Shown: positions 1 to 14,465, numbered from the stretch's first letter. The stretch: DNA of 64,000 nt from the human T2T-CHM13v2.0 reference genome, Homo sapiens (GCF_009914755.1 NC_060935.1); one strand, 5' to 3'. Notes: generated by a model from the sequence alone, not told the origin. A program made the numbers and translations.

Positions 1-3000
1 CACAGAGGGGTAAAGCACCAAGCAGCCTCCCGGGGTCCCCAGTTCTAGGCATTAGCTTTTGAACAGCATTTCTGGACCTGCCTGGGGCCAGAGAGAAGCC
101 TATTGTCCTGAAGGGAGAGAGCTAGGCCTGGCAACATTCAACCCAGCTGGCTGAAGAGCCCTTGGGCCTTGAGTGAACATCGGCAATAGCCAAGCAGTAA
201 TTGTCACAGGTCTGGAGCAGTGGTGGCCACAAGAGACAACTTCCTTTGCATGAGAAAAGGAGAGGGAAGAGTGGAAAGAACGTTGATTTGCAGCTTGGGT
301 AACAACTCGGCCACAGTAGAACAGCGCACCAAATACATTCCAGAGTTTTCTGACTTCAGCCCTGACTCCCAGAGGGCAATCATAGACTCACCTTAGGCTG
401 AGGGGAAGCTCATTGCCCTGAAGCGTAGGACACATGTCTGACTAGATTCACCACTTGCTGACTGGAGAGCCCTTGGGCTTTGAATAAACACCAGCAGAAA
501 CCAGGCAGCGGTCACCTTGAGCCTTGGGTAAGACCCGGCGCTGTGCAGCCTTCAGGTCCGTCGCACCCTTCTCAGCTTCAGGCAGCTCTCCATGAAGAGG
601 GACATCCTGTTTATTTGGGGGAAAGTAAAAGAAAGGAACAAAAGTCTCTGCTTAGTAATCTAAGAAATTCTCCCAGATCTTACCCAAGATCACCAAGATA
701 GTATCCTTATGAGCCTACAAGAGTCACAGAAATCCAACTGACACAATGAAGAATGCATCACGGTTTCTCAACAGCAGAATTGATCAAGCAGAGGAAAAAA
801 AATAGTGAACATGAAGACAGGCTATTTGAAAATAAACAGCCAGAGGAAACTAAAAAAAAAAAAGTATATACAAAAAAATGAAGCAGCCTACAAGATCTAG
901 AAAATAGTCTCAAAAGGGCAAATTTACACATTATTGGCCTTAAAGAGGAGGGCATGAGAGAGATCTGGGGAAAGTTTATTCAGAGGGAATACAACAGAAA
1001 ATGTTCCAACCCTAGAGAAAGATATCAATATTCAAGTACAGGAGGGTTATAGAACACAAAGCAGATTTAACCCAAAGAAGATTTCCTCAAGGCATTTAAT
1101 AATTAAACTCCCAAGTGTCAAGGATAAAAGAAGCAAGAGAGAAGAAATAAATAACATACAAAGGAGCTCCAATATGTCTTGCACCAGACTTCCCAGTGGA
1201 AAATTTACAGGCTAAGAGAGAGTGACATGACATATTTAACATGTTGAGGGAAATAAGTTTTTATCCTAGAATAGTATGTCCAGTGAAAATATCCTTCAAA
1301 CATGAAGGAGAAATAAAAATTTTACTAGACAAACAAAAGTTGAGGGATTTCAACAACAACAAACTGGTCCTTCATGAAATTCTAAAGGGAGTTCTTCAGT
1401 CTGAAAGAAAAGGATGTTAACAAACAATAAGAAACATCTAAAGGTACAAAACTCACTAGTAATCGTAAGTACACAGATAAACATAGACTATTATAACATT
1501 GTAACTGTGGTGTGAAAACTACTCATATCTTGAGTAGAAATACTAAAAGATGAACCTTTCAAAAATAATAACTACAACAATTTTTAAAGACATAGGTATA
1601 TAAGGAGATATAAATAGAAACAACAAAAAGTTTAGAAGTGAAAGATGCAAAGTGTAGAGATTTTATTAGTTCTCTCTTTCCTTATTTGTTAATTTGTTTG
1701 ATTTTGCAATCAGTGTTATCATCAGTTTAAAATAATTGGTTATAAGATGTTACAGGCAAGCCTCATCGTAACCTCAAATCAAAAAACTTATAGTGGATAC
1801 ACAAAAAAATTTAAAAGAAAAAAATTAAAACATACCACCAGAGAAAAGTACCTTCACAAAGAGGAGGACAAGAAAAAAAGAAGGAAGGAAGAAAAGATTA
1901 CAAAACTACCAGAAAACTGATAACAAAATGGCAAAATGGCAAAAGTAAGTCTTTACCTATCCATTATAACATTGAATACAAATGGACTACGCACTCCAAA
2001 CAAAAGATATAGAGTGGCTGAATGAATAAAAACAAGACCTAATGATCTATTACCTATAAGAAACACACTTCACCTATAAAGACACACATAGATTGAGAAT
2101 AAAGAAATGGAAAAAGATAGTTCATGCCAATGCAAACTAAAAATTAGCAGAAGTAGATATACTTATTTCAGACAAAATAGCTTTCAAGACAAAAACATAT
2201 AAAAAGAAACAAGGAAGGTAATTAAATAATGATAAAGGGGTCAACTCAGCAAGAGGATATAACAATTGTAAGTATATATGCACCCAACACTAGAGCACAC
2301 AGATATATAAAACAAATATTACTAGAGCTAAAGAGAGAGATAGACCCTAATATACTAATAGCTTGAGACTTCAACCCCTTATTTCAGCATTAGACATCAT
2401 CCAAACAGAAAATCAGCCAAGAAACATCAGACTTAATCTGTACTACAAACCAAATGAACCTAACAGATATTTACAGAACATTTCATCCCATAGCTGTAGA
2501 ATATACATTCTTCTCATCAGAACATGGGTCATTATCAAGGGTAGACTGTATGTTAGCTACAAAAAAGTCTCAAGAAATTTTTAAAAATGAAATTATATCA
2601 AGTATCTTTTCTAACTGAAAGGAAATAAAATTAGAAATCTATAAGAGAAACTTTGGAAACTGTACAAACACAGAGAAATTAAACAATATGCTACCAATTG
2701 ACAAGTGAGTCAATGAAGCAATTAAGAATAAAGTTTAAAAATTTTTGAAACAAATGACTATAGAAACACAACATACCAAATCCTATGGAATACAGTGAAA
2801 GCAGTACTAAGAGGAAAGTTTATAACAATAAGCACCTATATCAACAAAGTAGAAAAACTTCAAATAAACAACCAAATGATGCATCTGAAAGAATTAGAAA
2901 TGCAAGAGAAAATCAAACACAAAATAAGAAGAAGATCAGAAGTAAATAAAATTGAAACAAAGAAACTAAAAAATCAGAAGTTGGTTTTTTGAAAAGGTAA

Positions 3001-4260
3001 ACAAAACCAAGAAAGTTGTAACAAGACTATAGAAAAAGAGAGAAGACTGAAATAAATAAAACTACAACGGATACACAAAAAATGAAAAAGAAAGAAATTA
3101 AAATGTATCACCAGAAAAACTACCTTCACAAAAAAGAAGACAGGAAAGAAAGAGGGAAGGAAGAAAAGGTTACAAAACAACCAGAAAACTAATGACAAAA
3201 TGGCAAAAGTAAGTCTTGCCTTCTTCATAATAACATTGAATGTAAATGGACTAAACTATTCAGTCAAAAGAAATAAAAAACAAGATATTACCACCGGTAC
3301 AACAGAAATTCAAAGGATCACTAGTGGTTAGTAAGAGCATCTATATGTCAATAAACCAGAAAACCTGGAAGTGGATAAATTTCTAAACACATAAAACCTG
3401 CCAAGAAGGAACCATAAAGAAATCCAAAATCTGAATAGAACAATAACAAATAAAGAGCTTGAAAAAGTAACAAAAAGTCTACTGGCAAAGAAAAGTCAGG
3501 TATCCAATCGCTTCATTGCTGAATTTTACCAAACATTTAAAGAAGAAATAATACCAATCCTACTTAAATTATTCTGAAAAATAGAGTAGGAGGGAATAAT
3601 TCCAAACTCATTCTATGAAGCAAGTATTACACTGATAACAAACCCACACCAAGACAAATAATAAAAAGAAAACTACAGGCCAATGACCTTAATAAATACT
3701 GATGCAAAAATTATTAACAAACCAAATTCAGTAACACATTTAAAAAGTTCATTCAGCTTGATCAAGTGGGATTTACCTCTGGGGTGCAAGGATGTTTCAT
3801 CATATGTAAATCAATCAATGTGACATATCATATCAACAGAATGAAGGATAAAAACATATAATTATTTCATTTGATACAGAAAATGCACTTAATAATATTC
3901 AATATCCCTTCAAGATAAAAACCCTAAAAAAATCTGGGTGTTTAAGAAACATACCTCAACACAATGAAAGCCATATATGACAGATAAAGAGCTAGTATCA
4001 TACTAAATAGGGGAAAACTAAAGTTCTTTCCTCTAAGATCAGGAACACAACAAGGCTGTCCATTTTCATCGTTACGAAACAGTGCTGCAACTCCTACCCA
4101 CAGCAGTCAGACACGAGAAAGAAATAATGGGCATCCAAGTTGGTAAGGAAGAAGTCAAATTACCCGTATTTGAAGATGACATGATCTTTTACTTGGAAAA
4201 ACCTAAAGACTCCACCAAAAAAAATTATTAGAACTGAAAAAAAAATTCAGTAAAGTTGAA

Positions 4261-5249
<989 letters not shown>

Positions 5250-8128
5250 AAAGTTGAAGGATACAAAATCAACATACAAGTCAGTAGTATTTCTATATTC
5301 CAACAGCAAACAATCTGAAATAAAATCAGGAAAGTAATCCAATTTATATTAGGCACAAATAATGTTAGATACCTAGGAATAAGCTGAACCAAAGAAGTAA
5401 AAGAGCTCTACAATGAAAACTTTAAAATATTTATAAAAGAAATAGAAGACGACATAAAAGATGGAAAGATATTTTCTGTTCATGGATTGGAAGAATCAAT
5501 ATTGTCAAAATGTTCATACTATCCAAAGGAATCTACAGATTCAATGCAATCCCTATCCAAAAGCAATGACATTCTTCACAGCAATAGAAAAAATGATCCT
5601 AAAATGTATATGGAACAACAAAAGATCCAGAGTAGCCTAAGCCATCCTGAGCAAATATAACAAAACTGGAGGAATCACATTACCTGACTTCAAAATATAC
5701 TACAGAGCTATAGTAACTTGAAAAAAAATTTTTAGTGGTACTGGCATAAAAACACTTAGAACAATGAAACAGAATAGCACCCAGATACAAAACCATACAC
5801 CTACAGTAAATTCATTTTCAACAAATGTACCAAGAACATACAATAAGGAAATGACACTCTTTTCAATAAATGGTCCTGGGAAAATTGGGTATCTATATGT
5901 AGATGAGTGAAACTAGACCTCTGTCTCTTGCTAAATACAAAAATCAAATCAAAATTGAGTAAAGACCTAAATCTAAAACTTCAGCCTATGCAACTACCAC
6001 AAGAAAACATCGGGAAACTCTCCAGGGCATTGGTGTGGGCAAAGATTTCTTGAGTAATATACCTGCCAGGCACAGGCAAACAAAGCAAAAATGGACAAAT
6101 GGTAACAAATCAAGTTAAAAAGCTTCTGCACACAGCAAAGGAAACAATCAACAAAGTGAAGAGACAACCCATAGAATGGGAGAAAATATTTGCAAAGTAT
6201 TCATTTGATGAAGGATAAATAACCAGAATACATGAGGAGGTCAAACAACTCATTAGGAAGAAATAAAATAATCCAATTTAAAAATGGCCAAAATATTTGA
6301 ATAGACATTTCTCAAAAGAAGATAAACAAATGGCAACAGGTGTATAAAAAGGTGCTCTGCACCACTGATCATCAGAGAAACGCAAATCAAAACTACAATG
6401 AGATATCACTTTACCCAGTAAAAATGGCTTCTATCTAAAAGACAGGCAATAGTGAATGCTGTTGAGGATGTGAGGAAAAGGGAACCCTCATTCACTATTG
6501 GTAAGAATGTAAATTAGTACAATCACTAAAGAAAACAGTTTGGAGGTTCCTCAAAAAACTAAACACAGAGCTACCATATGATCCAGCAATTCCATTACTG
6601 GGTTTTTATAAAAGAAAATGAAATCAGTATGTTGAAGTGATATCTGCACCCTCATGTTTATTGTAGCACTATTCACAATAGCCAAGGTTTGGAATCAACC
6701 TAAGTATTCATCAATAGACTAATAAATAAAGAAAATGTGGTACATATACATAATGGGGTACTAATCAGACATAAAAAAGAATGAGATCCTGTCATTTGCA
6801 ACAGCACGGATTGAACTGGGGGTGTTAAAGGAAATAAGTGAGGCACAGAAGGGGAAACTTCACGTGTTCTCACTCATTTGTGGGATCTAAAAATTAAAAC
6901 AATTGAATTCATGAAGATACAGTAGAATGAAGGTTACCAGAGACTGAGAAGGGTAGTGGGTGGTGAGGAAATAGAGTTGGTTAATCATTAGAAAAATATA
7001 GTTAGAATGAATAAGATCGTGTTTTTGATAACACAACAAAGTGACTGCAGTCAATAATTTATTGCACATTTTAAAGTAACTAAAAGATTATTGAAATGTT
7101 TATAACACAAAGAAATGATAAATGCTTGAGATGATGCATACCCCATTTACCTTGAAGTGATCATTATGTATTTTTTACCTGTATCAAAATATCTCATACA
7201 CCCCATAAATACATTCACCCACTATGTACCCCAAAAATTAATTATAAAAAAAAAAAGAAATAAATGAACAACTACAGAGCTTCAGGTGAATACATTGAAT
7301 TCAATGAATTCAATGGCTATTTAAATTTGATCTTATTTAATCACTCAGAATCATTGTTTAATAAAATTAAATTTAAAAACAATTGTCTAAATCTTACCAT
7401 GTTTTACTCTTCATTTGTCCACATCTCATTGATAAAATAAATCAGATCAAAAGTGCCTATAATTAGAAGATTTCTTGAAAGTATTCATTCAAAAAAAAAA
7501 ACCTTACAATTGTAAAAAAGGAACAGTGGAAAAAACAGAAAAGAGTCATAACTCAATCCTTTTGTTCTAAGCAGGCAGTCACCGCACAGGGTCAACACAG
7601 ATTCAGCAGGCATTCAGGCACCTAAGACTCAGAACAGGTGTATCACTACCTGTCACTCATTTCTTGCTGAGCCTGATAGTTTTTATTTAATTCATTTGAC
7701 AATTTTTTATTTTAGACTTACTATGTGGCAAGTGTTTTATATAATGATGATACAGTGCTGACCTCAAAACATCTAGCAGCAAGCGATGCAAATGAGAATT
7801 CTGATGCCAATATTATTTTTTGTTTGTTTGTTTTAGTGAGCGAGCTCTCTCTCTTTTTTCTTTGTAGAAATTTTTGGCATGTTCTCTTATCCTTGACATT
7901 CAAATAGTTTATTACAGTACATTTAATTGTAAGGGGTGTACACGTGTGTGGGGTGTGTGTGTGTGTGTATTGTTTATTCTTCCTGCTAGTTCTTCAGTGA
8001 ATCCTTTCAAGTTACGGAAATTTGTCTTTTATGATTTTATTGATTATTCCTCATCTCTATTTTTCTGGTTCCTATTATCATAATCTCTATTAGCTGGATA
8101 ACATCCCTCCTGCACTGATCTTCTATAT

Positions 8129-8378
8129 CAAGTGTCAGCAATTTTTTTCGTTAAGGATGAGAAAGTAAATATTTTAGGCTTGAGGAGGTGTCATGTAAAG
8201 TTTCTAGCTCTTCTCTTCCTCTCTTTCCCTTTCACTCCCTCTCCTCCTCCTTCACTTCATTTTTCTCTTTCTCCTATTCCTTCTCTTCTTCTTCTTCTGA
8301 CAATTCTCTAAAAATGGAAGAAAAAAAATTTAGCTTAAGCCATAAAAAATGAAGCAGAGGTCATAATTTTCTGACTCC
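8129..8378. mobile_element. MER58-like hAT-Charlie DNA transposon with internal CT-rich tract
   Basis: 'caagtgtcagcaattt...aaagtaaatattttaggctt' start and 'cataattttctgactcct' end resemble MER58 termini. Confidence 0.6.
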
Positions 8379-8474
8379 TCCTCTTTATCTTAGTTTTTGT
8401 TACATTTTTCATTAGTTAATTTTGTTGAAATATTCTAAATACTTTTTTCTTTTGTCGTCTATATAGCTAATTAG

Positions 8475-8615
8475 GCACAAATTTGGGCAAATCATTTAAT
8501 TTCTCTATGTATCAGTTGTCCCATCTGTAACTGAAGGTAATAATGGTTGTAAAGTTAAAGTGAAATACTCTATATAATCCTCAACATGGCATGGCACATT
8601 TAATAGATACTTAGG
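8475..8615 (+). mobile_element. MIR
   Basis: MIR core 'ttgggcaaatcatttaatttctctatgtatcagttgtcccatctgtaa'. Confidence 0.7.
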
Positions 8616-9661
8616 GAATATTACTTTTTGTTTTCACGGATGCAATATATTCTCTCAAGCTCTCTAAGGACACTAAAAATAATTTTTAAACTTATTTCTT
8701 ATCTCTAAATTAACTTTGATTCTTCTAGAATTAATCACTATATGTTTTAATATTAGAACTTCTCTTTATGTTGCTGAACTACCCTAAATATCTGGTAAGT
8801 TTGGTTGTTAATTTATTTTTGAGTGAAGATCAAAGCAGATTGACATGAGTAGATTTCATGGACTTTCTGGATTACTTGCATTTTTCTTTCATTAGCAAGC
8901 TCCCTTCCTGAACGATGTGGCTGATTGCCAGATCTCTGCATCTAGGCTAGTCAAGTTAGCTAGTAGTGTTTATTTTGTATGTGTGAGTGGGGAGAGTGAA
9001 AATTTTAGTAAAGATCAGATTTGTAATACCAGTCCTCGCTCTTGGAGCCTTAAACCATCCCAAGTGGATGTTTAATTTCTTGGAAAATATTTTCCTGACT
9101 TCCTCCAGAAGGCAACTACACTGCACCTGGATGATATAATGAAAAGGGGGAAGCCTTATTCATGCTACTCTTCAACAGATACTGTTTCAATCAAATGCTC
9201 CACCCCAGATCTTGGCTCTGTACCTGCATAATCAGAGCCCAGAAGCTTCCTGATATTTTATTCTTAGGAAGATTTACAACTTGTTTGCCACTTCTTTTCT
9301 GTGTATGTTCTGTGCCCCAATCAGGCTTAGGAATTCATATAATTTCATTGCTTTGCATATTCTAACAATTTATGAAAATCTAAGGTGTACTGTTGGTCAT
9401 CTCCCACCTTTATCTCAGTTCACCAGTGCTAGTCCTTTTATAAATATTTTATTATGCATGCTTTTTTACTCTCTAAAGAGCTTTGTGGAGGTAAAAGAGT
9501 TAAATATATAGATTCAGTCCAACAGCCTAAATTAGGTTTAAAATAATAATTTATAATGCTTAAATTTTCACCTCTTATGTGAAGCAATAAGGCCACCATG
9601 CAACATCAATCCAAAATTATGTTGACAGAAAATCTTTGAGATTGCTGAATGAAAAACATAG

Positions 9662-10208
9662 TTCATTACATGGTAAGTTTTCTGTTTGTATGGATCTCTT
9701 CGAATAAATGATTCTGCTCAAATTAGTAAATAATTGTTTTGGTATAAGTGTTAGTTCTTAGCTTCATTCTATTGATCATCTTATTTCATGGCACAGCAGA
9801 GTAGTTAACAGTTTATACTTTGGAGTCATAAAGACCTGGGTTCAAATCTTTCCTCTGCTATTTACTAACTTTGTGAACTAGAAAAATATTATTTAACTTT
9901 TTAAGACATATTTTTGGTCACCTGTATACAGTTCATTTATTTATTTATTTCACAAATATCTATTAAATACCTATGACTTTATTAGATTTCTATGAAGATT
10001 TATAAAAGAATAAAAGTCAAGTTGGTACTTAGCCCTTGATAAACATTTCCTGTTACTATTATTGTTTTCAACTATCTTTATTTCAGAACAAAAAATAACT
10101 GAACATGAGACAATTTTGTGCTGTCAATCATTCTTCACTATGTGGTATATTGCTGTTGAAAAGCAAACTATTAATGTTTAAAATAATTTCAGTTCTGACA
10201 TTCATATT
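9662..10208 (+). repeat. Left arm of long inverted repeat (contains a MIR at ~9790-10050)
   Basis: Reverse complement of 11312-11863; 9888-9930 is a perfect 43-bp match to 11598-11640. Confidence 0.95.
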
Positions 10209-10799
10209 GGTCAGAAAACATATTGATATTACAGCAATATCAACTAAGAATAAATGTGGACACCATGCAGGAAAATTGTGCATGAACTCTTCCATGTCCT
10301 TTAAAAATCCTTTCAGGGCAAATATTTAAATTGAATCCTTAAAAATGCATGAAATGATTTAATCCCTAAAAAATCTTCTATTGTGTCTCTCAAGGCCACT
10401 TTCCTGAAATTAATACACAACAGCCATGCATAGCTTTCTATATTAACCAAAAAGGAAGGGCAGGATTATGCAATTGGGCTTTGCGTTTTTATCTTGGGAC
10501 TCTGTGTTCTGTGAGCTGGAACTCCAGGTTCATCTGCCTTATGGCCTCAGGCTGCCTTTTTCCTGCTGGTCTCCTGACTGACATGCTGCGTGCACACCTT
10601 CAGAGAGGGGGCTCTGATCCTTCTTTTCCAGATAAATACTGTCAATATTCACTTGGCAATAAGGAATAAAGTTATATTTCCAATGCAAACAAAAACATTG
10701 GCCTGAAGAGCTGGGGAAAACATAGAATTTTTTTAAATAATACTGGCCCACCTTTTATAATGCGTTTGCTCACTGTGGTGCTCTCTGCAAGTAAATCCT

Positions 10800-10998
10800 T
10801 TAATTTTAATTTTTAATTATTTTATTTTATTTTTCCATAACTTGTTGGGGTACAGGTGATATTTGGTTATATGAGTAAGTTCTTTGGTGGAGATTTGTGA
10901 GAGCCTGGTGCACCCATCACCTGAACAGTATGCACTGCACCATATTTGCTGTCTTTTATCCCTCACTCCCCTTCCACTCTTCCTCCCAAGTCCCCAAA
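10800..10998 (-). mobile_element. L1PB-type 3' end fragment
   Basis: 'ggggtacaggtgatatttggttatatgagtaagttctttggtggagatttgtgaga..ggtgcacccatcacc' preceded by a T-rich tail. Confidence 0.85.
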
Positions 10999-11134
10999 TG
11001 ACCTCTCACATTCCAAAATGTACTGACTAAGAGAGGGAACCCTATGGCCCTTTGCCCACCAGTACTTCAGGAATTCCCTCTTTAAATGCCTACAAGGTAG
11101 CATGACACAGAGATCAGCCCCACCAAAATTACCT

Positions 11135-11907
11135 GGTATGTTACTAGGACTGCCAAAACAAAGTACCACAGACTGCAGCTTAAACAACAGAAATTTATTT
11201 CCTCCTAGTTCTGGAGGCTCGAAGATTCAGATCAAGATGTCAGCAAGGTTGACCTCATGTAGCTTTAATTACTTCTATAAAGGGCCTATCCTCAAATACA
11301 GTTACATTCTGAATATAAATGTCACAACTTTGAAAAATTTTTAAACATTTACAGTTTGCTTTTCAACAGCAATACACCACAAAGTGAAGAAAGACTGACA
11401 GCACAAAATTGTCTCATGTTCAATTTTGTTTTTGTTCTAAGATAGAGAGTTGAAAGCAATAACAATAATAGGAAATGTTTATCAAGGGCTAAGTACCAAC
11501 TAATCACTTGACTTTCATTCTATTATTAATCTTCATAGAAATCTAGTAAAATCATAGGCATTTAATAGATATTTGTGAAATAAATAAATAAATAACTTGT
11601 ATACAGGTGACCAAAAATATGTCTTAAAAAGTTAAATAATTTTTTTTCAGGTTCACAAAGTTAGTAAATGGAAGAGGAAAGGTTTGTACTCAGGTCCGTA
11701 TGACTCCAAATTATAAATTGTTAACTATTCTGTTGTCCTATGAAATAAGATGGCCAATAGAATGAAGCGAAGAATTAACACCTATACTGAAAAAATTGTT
11801 TACTAAGTTGAGCAGAATCATTTATTCTGAAATATCCATACAAACAGAATACTATGTAATGAAGACATGAATTTGAAGTGTCAGGGGACACAATCCAACC
11901 CGTAACA
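11135..11907 (-). mobile_element. MLT1A/B-like MaLR LTR, internally deleted and split by the inverted-repeat arm (pieces ~11135-11311 and ~11864-11907)
   Basis: 'ctgccaaaacaaagtaccacagactg..ttaaacaacagaaatttattt..ttctggaggct', 'caaatacagttacattctga', then after the insert 'acatgaattt..ggggacacaatccaacccgtaaca'. Confidence 0.85.
11312..11863 (-). repeat. Right arm of long inverted repeat (derived copy inside an MLT1 LTR)
   Basis: Aligns by eye to the reverse complement of 9662-10208; 9 mismatches in a sampled 60-bp block. Confidence 0.95.
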
Positions 11908-12280
11908 TCTAGTAACTGGTTCCACAATGTTAAAAGTGTGCTCTTCATATAACAGTGAACTGGGTGCAATATTCTTTCTCAAAAACTGTCTAAGACAGGC
12001 CTCCCAGATAGCAGCTGATTCTGTAGCACTGCTCTCTGTTTACCTGTAGTGACAAACTACCACAATGTAAAAGGTAAGTCTTGGCCAGTGACTGTGGCTT
12101 TACGCCACATAACTGTTTTGCATGCATAGATGGTATGTGGGGAAATTGGTTTCCCAAGGAAATCATAGAATGTACCAATGCTGTACAGTTTAGAAGTGTT
12201 TCATGATGCAGATATTAATTTTAAAAAATCTTCTGCAAGATAACTCTGTAGCCTGGGTGGGTCCATCCTAGCTCTTGGAA

Positions 12281-12294
12281 CCAGTAGAGGGCAG
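12281..12294 (+). promoter_or_regulatory. Candidate CTCF site
   Basis: CCAGTAGAGGGCAG matches the core consensus CCASYAGRKGGCRS at all 14 positions; motif evidence only. Confidence 0.5.
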
Positions 12295-12461
12295 GTGGGA
12301 GTGTTAGAAGTGTTGGCTGGAAGAAGCCTGGGAGGATTCCTGAGACAGCATCTGGATTCACCAGAGGAAATGGGAGATAAAAAAATCTATTTATTCACAA
12401 TTTTAAAAAATACTAACTGACTAGAATAGGTTGATTACAAAGCAGTATAATATATAACAGT

Positions 12462-12742
12462 AGCTAGGTGCTGTGGCTCACACCTGTAATCCCAGCACTT
12501 TCCGAGGCCATAGCAGGTGGATCACCTGAGGTCAGGAGTTTGGAGACCAGCCTGGCCAATAGGGTGAAACCCTGTCTCTACTAAAAATACAAAATTTAGC
12601 CGGGTGTGGTGGTGGGCACCTGTAATCCCACCTACTTGGGAGGCCAAGGCAAGAGAATCACTTGAACTTGGAGGCAGAGGTTGCAGTGAGCCAAGATTGC
12701 ACCACTGCACTCCACCCTGGGGACAGAGCAAGACTCCATCTC

Positions 12743-12770
<28 letters not shown>
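12462..12770 (+). mobile_element. AluS (Sx/Sz-like) with long A tail followed by (TA)n to ~12800
   Basis: Dimeric Alu, 'gatcacctgaggtcaggagtt'. Confidence 0.95.
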
Positions 12771-12786
<16 letters not shown>

Positions 12787-13754
12787 TATATGTATGTATA
12801 GGCAGAATGCTAGACTGGGAGATGGGAGTGGTTGTGGAGTTAAACTCTCTCTCATTCCATGATCTCCTCAAAACTAATTTTGTCATAAATAAAGAGGTCT
12901 AGTAACCTCTTTATTTCTATTCTGTTCCAACTGTAATCATCATATCACTTTTATTATCAGCATATTTCTAATGCCTTTGTAACTTTTCTATAACATTACA
13001 AATCAGCTTTCATTTCCTAGTTCTGACATGTAAAGAGACAATTTATTTCAAATAAGCCTTTATTCATACACTAGATCTTTCTATGCCTATTATTCATCTG
13101 AAAATAAGGGATGATTATTTTAACAATAACATAAAATCTTATCTGGACAAAATGAGATAATGCAAGTGAAAAGCTAAGCACTTTGCCATATACTTAGCAT
13201 TCAATAAACACTAACTTTTATCATTTTAAATAATTGGGGTTGGTATTGCTACATATATAATTCAGGGTATTTTTTTCTCAATTCGCAGGCATATGGCAGA
13301 GAACTCAGTAAGGCAACCCAGATGAACTGGGAAAAATGTGGCTCAGGGAAGGAAGGAAGGAACCAGTTAGGTGCTAGCTCTCTATCCCCCTGAATAGGGC
13401 TGAACAGGTGCTGGGAAACATTTAGAATCTGTACACGCAAACAGTTCAGTGGACTGGAGCCTATAATTTAGGTTTATCTTATAAATTGTGGTAGTTTGTC
13501 ACTATAGGTAGAGTAGACAGAGAACAGTGTCAGAGAATTGGCTGTCATCTTGGAGGCCTGTGCCTAGAGTCTCAGACACTGGGATGAGCAAGCCACCTGG
13601 CCTTGGAAAGGAACTTGCAAGAGCAAATCAAGGGTTAGCCACTGGCTAACCCTTCCTAGCTACAGACAATTCCCTCCTCGCCACTAATGCTCATAATCAA
13701 TTCCAAATTCGACATTACAAAATACTTTTGTAGAGATAAAAATACTTCCCTTTT

Positions 13755-14004
13755 GAGTTTAACAATGAGAACACATGGACACAGGGAGGGGAACATCACA
13801 CACCAGGGCCTGTCAGCGGGTGGAGGGCACGGGGAGGGGGAGCATTAGGACAAATACCTAATGCATGCAGGGCTTAAAACAGATGATGGGTTGATGGGTG
13901 CAGCAAACCACGATGGCACATATATACCTATGTGACAAACCTGCACGTTCTGCACAAGTATCTCAGAACTTAAAGTATAATACTACTACTAATAATAATA
14001 ATAA
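13755..14004 (+). mobile_element. L1PA (PA7/8-like) 3'UTR fragment
   Basis: 'aacaatgagaacacatggacacagggagggg...aacttaaagtataa'; TSD acttccctttt at 13744-13754 and 14005-14015. Confidence 0.92.
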
Positions 14005-14465
14005 ACTTCCCTTTTATTATGTGGTGAGGCTAAATAAAAGTCTGTTTCTGGCAACTGGAGTGTGTGGCACTGAGGACTCAGTCACTCCAGTATTCAAGCA
14101 ATAACCTTGCATAATCAGCCCTGGGCCAATCAGAAAGAGGATCCAGAAGACTGATTTATATTAAACATCATGTTTGATTTTATAGAAAATTCCTGGCTTT
14201 GTAAGGACATTTCAAGGATAGTGTGAAACCAAGCCTACTGAGGATGAGAGGAATGAATGCCCTAACAATGAGTTGCTTTAAATGTGGAAGGTGTAGACTG
14301 ACACCAGCCAACTCTTTCTAGCTACAGATATTTCCCTCCTCTCCACTAATATTTATAATCAATTCCAAATTCTACATTAATAAAATGTTAAAAAGTAGCA
14401 TTTTCTTCTAATAAGAGATTATCCCAGAAATATTTAATCTTTATTCTAAAATCTGAGACTATTTA

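Larger units (their letters stand above)
7850..9500 (-). mobile_element. Very old L1ME/HAL1-like fragments
   Basis: T-rich antisense L1 ORF1-like sequence ('ttctcttatccttgacattc', 'ctctattagctggataacatccctcctgcactgatc'); highly diverged. Confidence 0.45.

Noticed and set aside
6120-6900. Similarity to 4270-5050 suggesting a local duplication
   Set aside because: Explained by homologous ORF2 3' regions of two independent L1 subfamilies; the TSD confirms nested insertion
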